From positions 1,054,001-1,118,000 of the forward strand of contig LSRY02000006.1 of assembly GCA_001643675.2 (NCBI GenBank): a DNA stretch of 64,000 nucleotides. The letters run 5' to 3'. Below the pieces are notes generated by a model. The model saw nothing but the letters and a program-made list of their open reading frames with translations. It had not been told where the DNA came from and made no database searches. This stretch comes from Monocercomonoides exilis PA203. Lineage: Eukaryota > Protista > Preaxostyla. The translations under genes and the position numbers were made by a program. Positions within the stretch are counted from its first letter, which is position 1; the number at the start of each line of letters is the position of its first letter. Of the stretch, positions 50,155-62,385 are shown one piece after another.

Positions 50155-53027
50155 ATGAATTGTTATGCTGAAAAAGCGCGGTCGACGAAAAGTCGCCACG
50201 CGAGTCAAATTGACGATTATCTTCGTCAAATTGCTCCTGTGGATGCTGAAGGGTGTTTGTTTTCATTTTTATTTCACAGTGAAAAAGGAAAACCCAACCA
50301 ATCAAAAATTGAGACTCATTTGAAAGGTTTGCTCAAATATTTCATTCAAAAGATGTTAATACTTTGTGTATTAATTTACTGTTAATTATGTTTTCTGTCA
50401 ATTTTTTTAATTGCAATGGGGAATTGTGAGCAAATTTGTTGTTGTGTTAATTTCTTCTTTAAACTTTTTTTCGATGAACATCAATAAATATTTTTAAATT
50501 CTTTATTTAACTCGTTATTCTTTCAAGCCATTAATATTCAACAGTTGAAATCTTTAAAATAATTCTGCAGTTTATAAATTTTTATCTTTATTTCATTGAT
50601 ATTTAAATGTTAAAAATACATGATTTTTGTAATTAAATAACGATTTTTTTCAATTCCTTGTTTTCCATATTTTTTTCTCAATTTTCATTGATAATAATCT
50701 ATTTTTTGTATTTTAGAATTTTTCGTAAATTTTCCATTTATTTAACCCATTGCAATTAAAAAAATTACAGAAACTGATTAACGTATATTATTACTTATTT
50801 CAGACAAGTTAAGAAATATTTAGAAAAATCTGTCTCAGCTCTACGCTTTGCTTGGTCGAAACGATAGAGTTTCTCTTCTCTCTGCGATTTCTTCTGAAAT
50901 TCAACTTACAGAACTCAGAGAGTATGGCTGGCTGGTAACAAAAAGTGAATATTATTACTCAAAAAATAAGCAAGCCAATAAAAAGAAATGAGTCCATGGC
51001 AGACATCGAGAGAAAAAAGAAAGTTAATGATAAAAGCTTGCAAATTTCAAAAATTATGTTTTTATGTTTTGTTTTGACATATTAATATCAAGAAAAGGAA
51101 CAATTTGAAAAGATAGAAGAATGGCTGGTCACAAACAGCTCTGCCAGTTGCGAAAATGGAAGACAGCGAAAAAATGGTTTATTTTTCGGAAAAAATTTTA
51201 TTTGTTTCATCTTTAGATAATTATGATTTATTTTCAACATATTATCAATCTATTATAGGATTAAACCGTTCAAAAATGACTCCCGCTGCTTCTTCCATTC
51301 ATCCACAGCCTCAGTTAATTGGAGGAGATGATTCGCCGATCGGAATTATCCAAAGCGAGCGGAGTGAGAAAGAAAATACTACTTCATCTGAGCATTTCTT
51401 GGAGCATGGAGTTCTTCAACACTCCCACTCTTTAGAAAATAACAAAGATAATAAAAAAATAATTAATGAATCAAAATTAAACAATATCAACAGAAAAATA
51501 AATAATTATTACAAAAGCAATCAAAAAAAAAAAATTCAAATTCAAAAAAAAAACATAATCATATCACTTTCACAACATCTTCCGATAACGAAAACACCTG
51601 CTTCGTTCAATCGCATTCTGGTATTCAAAAGGTTTGTGAAAAAGCAAATGTTGAAAAAGAAGAAAACGAAAATAGTAATTTTCTTTCAAAAAGAATATTT
51701 TCTTTAAATGAAAGGAGAATTATTGAAAAAACGAAAAAAGAATTATTTGAAAACATGAATAAAGAAATTGATGTCAAAATGTCGTATTCGACATTTTGCA
51801 AAAAAGCAAGAAATTTTATAAAATCAAAGAAAAGAACAGATTTGTGTGAAATTTGTGAAAGAGGAAAATATTCAGAAAAGAAAAAATTAGAAATGGAAAG
51901 AAACGGAAAAAAAATAGGCCAAAAAGAAAATGATGAATTGAATTTAATAATTCAGCATAAAAAAATCGCCCAACATCAAAGATATTATTTTTATGAAAAG
52001 AAAGAAAAGCTGAAAAAAGATGAAGTGATTATTGTCATGGATCTTAAAGAAAGTTGGAGCTTGCCAATTTCAAATAATGAAACTGGTAAATCTTTCTTTA
52101 ATAAAAAACAAATCTCTCATTTATGTTTTGTTGTTTATTATGTTGATTGTTTTGGAGCTTTACAAAAATGTTGTTTTAATTTTTTTTCTGAAATTTTATC
52201 TCATGATTATCGTTTTGTTTTGGAGTGTTTAAATAAGTTATTACTTTCGATATTTTTTCCAATGTTTTTTCTTTTCATTTTTTCTGTGATAATGGTCCTC
52301 ATTTTCGTAATTCACAAATTTTTCATTCATTATTTTCTCCTAATTCTTTATTGTTTTAAAATAAACACTGCTCACTTTCATTCTTTACCGAACATCATGG
52401 TAAGAATGATTGTGACAGTGAATTTGGTTATTTAACACAGTTATTGAACAATAATCTAGGTGATCGTACATTGAATAATGTGTACGATCTTATTGATTTT
52501 TTTTGCTCACAGTGTAATTCTTATCTTTTTGGTGTTCATGATTCTAATTCTCCAATTTTTGTCTCTTCTTTTATATCTAATATATCTAATAATAATTCAA
52601 TAGTGCGAATGGATGAAGTTTCAGATCCAAGCGAGCAGAAAGAAAAACAGAATAAAACAAAGCACTTCTTTTTGATGTATGATCTTTAATTTTTATTTTT
52701 TTTCTAATGATTTTAATTGAACATTTTTCTTAAATGTTTTTTTCTTCTTTTTCTAGGCACGAAGAGTTACCGAATAATTGTTGGAATAGATTAATTATTA
52801 ATGGAATGAAACAATACTTGTTTTTCGAATCGAATGGTTATTAAGTGTTAGCATCACCGATGAGTTGCAACGAAAAGGTTTGTATGAAAGAGTTATCATT
52901 TAAAATTGAAATGAATTTGGATGAGAAGAAAAGAAAAGTTTATAAAAGAGAAATTGAAACAAACAATGAAATTGAAGAAAATGAAAGTTTATATTTAAAG
53001 AAAAGGGTTAGAAATGTTCTGGAATAA
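50155..53027 (+). pseudogene. Sola-like DDD transposase, intron-containing, frameshifted
   Basis: MSYSTF...KRTDLCEICE, QHK..AQHQR, VIIVMDLKES, SHDYRFV; after a frameshift near 52248, FCDNGPHFRN and FFTEHHGKNDCDSEFG. Confidence 0.75.
50379..50783. mobile_element. TA-flanked MITE inside intron 50355-50803 of the Sola-like transposase
   Basis: Inverted repeat TTTCTGTCAATTTTTTTAATTGCAATGGG / CCCATTGCAATTAAAAAAATTACAGAAA; removing it leaves a ~42-nt intron. Confidence 0.7.
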
Positions 53028-53883
53028 AGAATAGAGTTAATTAATAATTTTTCTTCATTGATTTTATAAAAAATAGACAGAAACTGACAGGCATGCTTTT
53101 TTTTCAGAATTATTATGTTTTGAAATTATCATTTCATTAATTATTTCATTTTTTCTTTAATCGTTGACTTTTTATTGTGAAAAAATTGTTTATTCTTGCT
53201 TATCTGATGAAATTTGGTTCAATCCAAATTGAGGACAAGACTTAATCCATCCTGTTATTGCTTTAATTCAACGATTATTGCAGTAACTTGCAGGCTTTGG
53301 GTCCAGATTCAGTTTCCCAGGAGAATAAACAATTTTTTCACATTTTTATCAGGTATGGTTTTTTTTTTTTAAACAAACTTTTTGGAAATTATTTGAATTC
53401 TTAAATTTGAGAAAAGATTCAAACCGGAATTATTCAGAAAAATTGTTGAATGTGGAAAAATATTCAAAAATGTTGGGTGGAACAAAATTCAAAAAGCGAA
53501 AAATATCGTCCCATATTTCTTACAAAAAATATTTTTTTATAGATAAAATTATTAGAAAACAGATATCATAAATTCTGAAAAAAAAAAATAGGAAGAAACT
53601 TTTCTTTTTGATAAGTGCTGTATAAAATGAGGAAAATTTTCACACCTTTCAGAATTCTATCGAGAGTAGTTCACAAACAAAAATTGAATCTGCTCATAAT
53701 TGTTCACAAATAAATAAGTGAAACAAAGCAAACAAATATACTGAAATACATTACCAATAGATAGACTGGAATAGATTTGAAGAATTCACATTTTCAGCAA
53801 AAATCCCTTAAAATATTTATATTCTTCTCTGAATTTGTGTTTTCGAACGTCATCATCAATCATTGATAAGAGAGGAATCGTCC

Positions 53884-53884
<1 letters not shown>

Positions 53885-53937
<53 letters not shown>
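53885..53937. repeat. Poly(A) tract, 53 nt
   Basis: Direct observation. Confidence 0.9.
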
Positions 53938-53939
<2 letters not shown>

Positions 53940-54680
53940 AATAATATTTTTTAAAAACGCAAAAAGAAGCAAACCTCTTACAGATCGCTTAATTTGCTTC
54001 AAAAATGTGAAAGTTTAATGATGAGCCAATGTGGATTAATTTCTAAAAACTAGAAAAATTTTCAATAAAAGCAATAATGCAATCATTTATTCAAGGTAAA
54101 AGCATGCTTCAACAAAGGAATTGTTCAAAGGCATATCAATTTGCTGTACAAAAAAATGTGTAATAGGTTAACTTGGGCATGGACAACCAAGAATATCAAA
54201 GAAGCCGAATCAAAAATATCGAGCAGAAACAATTTGTGAAGTTGAAACATCCTTCAAGAATAGACAAACAATATGCTTCAAGCACTTTTGGCTCATGCAT
54301 CGCAAATATCCTTTTATTTTCTGCTTTTGCGCTGTGAAAGCCTTTTTTTCATGTTAAACATTGAAGTGCATTGAACTAAAAAACGAATTCAAAAAATTGA
54401 TTTCAATAGTTTCTGAAAAGGGGGAAATTATTTTCAATTTGTACAAGTTCTATTTATAACAGGTTTTCGTTTAATTTTATGTAAATTCATCAATTCACAA
54501 ATCCAAAAGTTTCATCCAGCGCTCTTCAAAAACATAAATTCATAGTAAACATAAGTTGACATACGCTTTAAGAAAACCTCAAATTACTACGAATCAAATG
54601 AAAGCTTTATATGATTTATTTCTTTCTTTTTTAAGTTTTAAAAGAATTGATGTTGGTTCGCCATTAATAAATATTCATTA

Positions 54681-57224
54681 CCATCGTTCAAAAACCCGGG
54701 AATTTTTCAAAATCCCGGACATCCATCATGTTGAAAGATCATCCAATCGTTCTTGACATTTCACTTTCATACTCGTTTAACAGTTAAATGATGTTCGAAC
54801 TGATGATAATTCATATGTTAATGAAAGAATTATTCATTCTTTTTGAAAGAAATATGAGTTTATCAAAAATTATTTTTTTATTCTTTCAGTTATCGTGAAT
54901 TGCATATTTCAAAAATTATTTCATAAAACTTGTTTTATCAATATTTAGTCTTACGAATAATTCACAATGAATGAAATCATTTGTTTCTATTTTAATTTGC
55001 TTTTTCCAACAAAATCCATTAATTGTGAAAATATTCTAATATTTGATAGCGTCTGATGAAATGAGGAAACAAATGGAATTCGAATAAAAGAATCAAACCT
55101 TTTAATTTTTTAAAAGATAAAATGCAATTTCTCTGGATTTATCGAATATCAAGCAACTAATTTCACGATGAAAAGCGTTGTTATAATAAGATCATGCTTC
55201 AAATAGTCTTCGCATTTTCATCATCACTTGTATCGTCATTGTACTCAATCCTCAAACATTTTCTCCACATTTTCTTTTCGCTTTTATTTCTATTTTCTTT
55301 TCTTGAAATATTCATCATAGCAATCTCATCATTTTCTTCAATTCTCATCAGTTTCAAAAATTCATTTCTAGTTCGTTTCTTTTTCTTCTTCATCAAAATT
55401 GATGCATCACTGATTGCTGAAGTTTTTTTTCTTTCTTCATCTTTTCCATTCTTAATTGTTTTGCCTTTTTAAATATCAGTATTCAAGTTCTCAAGAGTTT
55501 TTTCTTCATATTTCTTTTTCTTTGGAGAAAATCTTCCATACAATCGTTCTTTGTTTTTTTAAACACATAATGATTGGTTTCTTTCTGGTTTCCCGCTTAT
55601 TCTTTCCAATACAAGAGCAGCTTTGACCGGCCACACACCTGTTTGTTTGAATGCATGCTTTAAATTTGATGGAGTTGTGGCTACAGAAAGTGCTTCTGGG
55701 AGAATGTCAAAAACAGAGGAGCGAAATGTGAAAGAAGAACGATCAGATGAAGTTTTGAAGTCGTTGTTGTACGTTTTTTTTTTAAACCTTGCAAATATTG
55801 AGTTATCGCACGGTTGAAGCAGATGAGTCAAATTTGGTGGAAATCTTTTGATGATGATGTTTCTTTTTCTTGCAAACGTTTCAACGGCTTCACTGCAGTG
55901 TGATGAATGATTATCCATTAGAAATAGCGACGATTTTATTCCTCCTTTTTTCATTTTTTCTTCAATTTGAATAAGCCAATTTTCGCACATTATTTTTTCG
56001 AATGTTTTCGTTGTTATCCAGCCAGATGAAGCAAATATATAGTTGATATTGAATGAAGAAAGTGTGAGAAATTCTGAAGGTGTTTTTTTTGCTGGCCAAA
56101 GAAGATATGAAGGTAAACAAGAGCCATCCGCACATACACAAAGGCATAAAGTTGTGTTTGAAGTTTTTTTGGTAACGCGGTAGAAGGGGGTTTCTGATTT
56201 TGCAAATAAACCACTTGTTTGCAAGAATTGTCTCCAAAATGGAGTGAAGTTTCGTCGAAATTAAATATTCCTGATGCACTAATATCATTGTCATTTACAA
56301 TCTGATAAAGTTCTTCGAACCATTTTTGTATGGCACTTGATGATTGTGTAGATATTTATGCAGAGTCCAAAGGTTTGGAAAGCGCTGATTTCAAAACACT
56401 GCTTCTTTGAATCGTGTAATACGCTGCAGTTAAACCTGGAATTTTTATCTCTTCTTCGTCATGCAATGATTGCTCAAGATGCTCCACAATCTAAAAATAC
56501 ATCGAAAAATTAATTTCCTTGATAAAAAATAACAAAAACCATTTTGGGCACGTCCTTCACTCTAATTGTTTCACCTTTTGAAAGAAGAACAATAACTTGA
56601 TTCTCAATTTTTTCTATTAAATCTTGTGTTATTATTGGTGGTCTTCCGTTCACTCCCGCAGGTCTTTTTTGCTTCTCTGCAGCTATTCCTCTGTACCACG
56701 AACCGTTAGAAATTGTGCCAGAATCGACAGCGACTTTCTTTGTAATCAAATGATCTTTTCGAAGTTCGAATATTTTTTGAGAAATTGTTTTCAGCCGCCT
56801 AATATCAGATGTGGCGAGTTCCTTTCTCAACTCAGGCAACGATAGTTCTTTTGTAATTGTCATTAATATGGGTTTATCATATGATCATGATTGAAAAAAT
56901 GTGAGAATTAATATTGATTTCTTGTTTGTGCAACAAAAAAGGCAATAGTGCAGTACTCATTGAACAATAATAGTTCTTCACGGAATTGCTGGTATTGATT
57001 TTTTTTTGATTTCTTATTGAGAAATGAGCAAAAGATCAAATTGATTCTCTCAACAAGGCGAATTGAATTTTAACGAAAAATGATCTTTATTTGGATAGAA
57101 AATGAATATCGATACTTTACGGAAAATGAATATGTTGTTGAAAATGCTTTTGAAAGAGATGATCAGATTTCATTTTTTCTTGAAATCCGGGTTTTTGAAA
57201 AATTCCCGGGTTTTTGAGCGATGG
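54681..57224 (-). mobile_element. Second pogo/Fot-like DD35D family element
   Basis: 39-bp TIR CCATCG(T/C)TCAAAAACCCGGGAATTTTTCAAAA(T/A)CCCGGA, TA TSD. Confidence 0.92.
55199..56863 (-). pseudogene. DDE_1 transposase, intron 56491-56539, one frameshift in an A7 run and three in-frame TAA
   Basis: NGRPP, IFNFDET, CADG, SGWIT, LMDNHSSH, THLLQPCD (DD35D). Confidence 0.85.
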
Positions 57225-58147
57225 TAATAAGCAAATCAATTTGGAGGATGAACATCGGCAAATGACGTCTCGCAAATAAATGACCAAACAAAAGCAAGTT
57301 ATGTTTTTGAATTTTGTTTGGGCAAAGAAGAAAAGTAAACTAAAAGGTAAAGATGAATGAAAAAAGAAAGAAATAAAAAGAAAGAAAAAGACATAAAGGA
57401 AATAATAACAGAAGGGGGCTTCTTTAGATAAATTGCAAACATAAAACTAAATCAAGAAAGCACCTTCCATCGTTAATAAAAAAGGCTTGTATTAAATAAA
57501 AATACAAAATCAAACAAAATAAACACTTGTTACTTCAAATATCCTGACAACGCAGCAACAGAAACACAAATAACAACAAACCAATTCAAATACTCTCACA
57601 GCTTCGCTATCACAACCGCTGTGCCTATAATTGTAGACACTATTCTCAAAAGACAGGGTTAATTAATTAATTTTTTTTGCATAAAGAATAAAGAAATATT
57701 GGATAGCTTAACAGAATCGAAAAGACAAGAGAATACGAAGTATTTCAATAACAAGAAATCATAGGAAAAAAAGATATTTAAAAATAAGAAAATAAATATT
57801 TCGAGTCATGCTCAATGAATAAATGTAAATTGACAGACAAAAGATAAAAAAAGTGACCCAAGAAAAGAAAAAGAAGGAAAATCAGATTGCAAGAAAGGCA
57901 AGAAAACATAAGATAAATCACTAAAGCCAGAAATCATGCAAAATAGTTGATGAACACCGGAAATAATAGTTTTAACACATACAACTTTATAATATACTCA
58001 GCACAATTTTGCTAATACTTCATAATCACTCAAAACAAATACCCAATATATATAAAAATCCATTGAACAACTATTTAAAAAATGCATAATGTATAATGCA
58101 TAACGAGACATAGCAGAACATTTTTATAATAATAATTAGAGACTCTA

Positions 58148-60588
58148 TTAAGTTTGACGCGGCTCTGAAGAAGAACCAACATTAGCTTCAGCCTTGATAG
58201 AGCCAGACTGAGCAACAGAAACACCTGAATATGGAGATGGGGAAATGGACATTGGAGACTGATGGCTAACAAAGGAAGAGGCAGAGGCGGATATTGCGGA
58301 TGCTGAAGCAGTCAACGAAGAGGAGGAGGAGGAGGAGGAAGATGACGATGCTGTAGAAGAAGACGAAGATGTTAATGAAAGAGGCGAAATAGTTGTTGAA
58401 GCAGAAGAGGTCGATCCGATTACACTGTTAGACGAGGCAACGTATGACGGAATAAAAGGAGGCGCGGTAGCGGCCAATGATTGCGGATGGTGGAATTTGG
58501 CTTGATGGGACGCGCCACTCAGCGTGCGCTGAACACCAGAAGGTAACAGAACCGAAGAGGGTGATGTTGCAGTCGCAGACGTTGTAGCTGACGTGATCGA
58601 AGTTGCAACTGATGCACCGGCTGGCATTGCAATTGAAGGAACAACTGAAGAAGATGTGAGCGATATCGGCATCGCTGTAGATGCAGAAGACGCTGCCATT
58701 CCTGTAACCGATGAAGACGAAGATGGAGGTGGAGGAGGCATATTTATTGGTGGAGACGGTGAGGGATATGGATTGTACTGTCCAGCATATGCAGGAGATG
58801 CATAAGAAGATCCCTGATGATAATGCGGATGCTGAGGAGGTGGCGAAATGCCCATTGGTGCCATCTGCATCCCTGGCTGCGAATACATATGGTGCGATAA
58901 TCCAGTTTGAACGGTCTGCATTGTTGTTGGGTCGTATGCCACGCCCATTGTTGTTGACTGATGCCCCAGAGGCGATGGCGATGGTGAATAGGAAATCATA
59001 GGAGGCATCACAGATCCCTGAAGATGTGCCGTCATTCCTGCATCCACATACTGCTGCGATGGATGAACACCAATCGGTGTAGGAGATGATGAGGTCGAAC
59101 CAATCATTGCTTGCTCCCCGCCATACATCATCCCGCCCATCATGACATTTTCATATCCATTTGTTCCCTCTGCTCCTCCCATTCCCATCCATTCCGCGCT
59201 TCTCATTCCAGTGTCTTCTTCTCCTCCCATCAAAAACCCTCCATAGTGTCCAATTGGAGGCACAGGTGATGATGAGTACGACAGATGCATTCCATCAATC
59301 TGATCAGGCGAAGTTGGCATCACAAAAAACATCCCATTCATCTGATATCGATTCAGCATGGATAAAAACTCGTCTCGCGCCTTCACTTCGTTAAAGCTTT
59401 GATCCGTATCATCCTCCATCTGATCCTCCGACTCGTTATATTCACCTGTCTCTTCTCCGATCCCATCACGAGAATTGCTCATTCGCGAAGATTCATTATG
59501 CTCATCAATGCTTTGATGCTTTTTGTCAAATTCTGATCCTATTTTTCCATCCTTTATTTCCTTCTCATTTTTATGTTTAAAATGATCATCTTCGCTTCTG
59601 CTTTCAGAAGAAATCATTGCTGCTTTTCTTCTATTTGCTGATTCTTTTCTACGTCTTCTTCGCTCTTTACGATCTTCAAACTCTTTCATTTTAACAGCCA
59701 TCCAATATCCCATCAAACTGTCATACAAAATAACTCCGTCTTCATTCAAACCTCCAACTTTACCACACATTCCTTCTACATCCAAGTTTCCATTATTAAA
59801 TAATTTTACCACACAAAAATAAGCATCGTATGTCAGCAAAGAATCACTTCCGGCTTGATGCATCTGTCCAACTCGTGCTACTGATAATTCATCTGCTAAA
59901 TAATTTAAACTTCGTCGAGTGTGAGCAACAAGTTTTAAATCATATGTCCTTGGAAAGAACAGCTTCATAGTTGAAACAAATTTTGGTTGTGTCGGTGGTA
60001 GTGGAACATTTGTCAGTAGTTTCACAAGATATCCATAATCCGAGCTTGAATGGAAAGTTAACCATGTAACTTCATCATTTAAAACAAGCCCAGATGTCGT
60101 GAGCAAATCTGCAAAATAATGCACATCAATGCCGCCTCGTGCAAATTGATCAAAGTTAATACCCGCTTTTATCAGCATTGATATTGAATTTTCAGCACCA
60201 CGATCTTCAGTTGGATTGAACTTAAAATTAAACTGCCACGTTGATGTTCCTTCGGGAAGTTCTCCTTTTTCATTTCCAAGTGTAATTCCCAACTGAATAA
60301 GCTTCAACTGATTTACATTCCTTTTCAACCGCTCATAACTTACATTTTTATTCGTTGATGGTGCAGGACGATAAACTTCTCCAGGAAATTCCGTATCCTA
60401 AAATAGAATATTTTTTCCGAACAAAGAACGAAGAATTAACGTGTGTCAATGATATAAAAAGAAAAAAATGATGAGCCAACCATCGCCACAACAGGATATT
60501 TTGGAAGCAATTTCTTTATTCTCTCAAATTCCTTATCGACATTGTGAGCCCACACGTCAACTATTTGATCGCTGTGCCCGCTGATCAT
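58148..60588 (-). CDS. CAF1: CCR4-NOT deadenylase CAF1/POP2 with long C-terminal extension; intron 60398-60480 (alternative start 60660)
   Basis: VWAHN...VAMDTEFPG, LKRNVNQLKLIQLGITL, TWQFNFKF, WLTFHSSSDYGYLVK, HQAGSDSLLT. Confidence 0.93.
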
Positions 60589-60873
60589 TCGCTTAACTGC
60601 AGATACGTCGAAATTTCTTCGTTCCCGTTTATTTTGCCAAAGAATGGTTACTACGCCCATTTTTAGTATCTTCAAATTTTCAAGAAAAACCGATTTTCGA
60701 ATACAATTAAAATATCAATAAATAGAGCGTAATTAAATGTTATATGATAAAAGTTTTTAATTACAACAATTTTAAACAGAAAATAAAACTATTAACTTTA
60801 TTTATAAAAAAATGGAAAAATGATCGAATGTTTTCTAAATTACTCATATTATTTTCTTTACTTATCCTAATGC

Positions 60874-62178
60874 TCAATATCCTTCTTTGAAGTCCATTTG
60901 ATAAATCATTTTCGGTGCCCACTTTTCTCCCTTTGCTTTTGCTTCTTCACTTTGTTCAAATATCATTCCTTCCTTGAAGAGTTGAAGGTTTTTCGAAAGT
61001 AAGTGTTCCATGTAATTATCATGCTGGGGAAGTCCTGATGTATGTGGAGTAAATGTAATCATGTCAGTTGATAATTCAGTAATAAGGGGTGAAGTTGCTG
61101 GCAAAGGTTCCTTCTCAAACACATCCAGCTAATTCATCAAAAAAAGAAATAAAAAGAAAAAAAATTTTTTTTAAAAAAAGTCATAATAAAAATAATAATA
61201 AGTGAAATTAAAGAATAAAACGTATTGACATACGACAGCATGACGGATGCATTTTCTCTTCAACACGTCAACCATTGCTGCTTCAGAAATGATTGATCCT
61301 CTTCCAATGTTAATAAACACGCAATGAGGCTTGCAGGCTTCTAACGGTGAAGGAATAGGCTTTCCGTCCTTGTCAATTCTTCCACCAAGAAGGTAATTTG
61401 TATCTGGAGTGGATGGAAGAATGTTAATTACAACATCAACTCCAGAAAGAAATGAGCGAAGCAAGCTCTGCTTTTCATCATCGTCTTCCAATGCAACAAG
61501 TTTCTGGAAGCACTGATCTGCAGGCGGCAAACGAGCATTTAAAGGAGATTCAACTTGAGGCGTAACTAATGGTTCTCCTTCTTTTCTATGACGACGGCAC
61601 AATCCCCAAACGTTGCATCCGAGAACATATAAACGGCGAGCTGTATCCTGCCCTATTGATCCAGATGCCCCTAAAATACCGACTGTTAGTTGTGAAAGAA
61701 GTGGAAATGTTGTTGCGCATTCTCGAATAGAATAAGGTGATTCTTTTTTCATCTGAGCTTCTTTCAAAGTGAAGAAGTTCCTCTGTACAGCAATCATCAT
61801 CGAGATGGCGTACTCTGCCATTCCTGGTCCAAACAATGCAGCACCTCTGGTTAATGCAAACGGAAGAGGAACAAGGTCTGGGGCATATGGGCATGGCTTC
61901 ATATTCATAAAATGGTCAACACCAGCAAAAGTACTCTGGAACCAACGAAGTTTTGGGCAAGATTCTTGTGGATTTGAAAGAAGGTGAGCAATGTGAGGCT
62001 CAGCAATGACAACATCAGCTTTCTTCAATTCTTCTCGAATTTGGTCTTCTGGAGTTTGCAAACGATGATGATAAACAATTTCAGTTTCAAATGGAAATTC
62101 TACTTCTTTCAAGCATTTTTCCAGTGTTGGTCTTAAACACGGAGAAATGGAACAAATGTAAAAGTGGAATTTGACCAT
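60874..62178 (-). CDS. D-isomer-specific 2-hydroxyacid dehydrogenase (GhrA-like); intron 61129-61233
   Basis: WFQSTFAGVD, MAEY, GILGASGSIG, LPSTPDT, FINIGRGS, AVLDVFEKEPLP, TPHTSG. Confidence 0.9.
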
Positions 62179-62385
62179 AGAATTGAGAATTGCCTTCAAA
62201 AATCGATAAAAATTCGATCAAGCTCCATAACTTATAAAAAAGATATAGCAATTGAAAAACATTTTTTTTTCTAAAAATATTTTAATGTTGACTAGGAAGG
62301 AAAGAAAAGCATGAAGTGAATAATTTTAATTTATAATTAGCAAAATATGGTCAAGAGAATGATGAAAGTTTCTATAATTATTTTT

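Larger units (their letters stand above)
45355..53512 (+). mobile_element. Candidate 8.2-kb Sola-like composite element (ATAT TSD)
   Basis: GGGGCAAAATTTTTACG / CGAAAAATATCGTCCC imperfect TIR, ATAT on both sides; contains a Sola-like transposase pseudogene. Confidence 0.4.

Noticed and set aside
54060-54350. Possible gene fragment between the poly(A) tract and the second pogo family element
   Set aside because: Frames too broken to support any call
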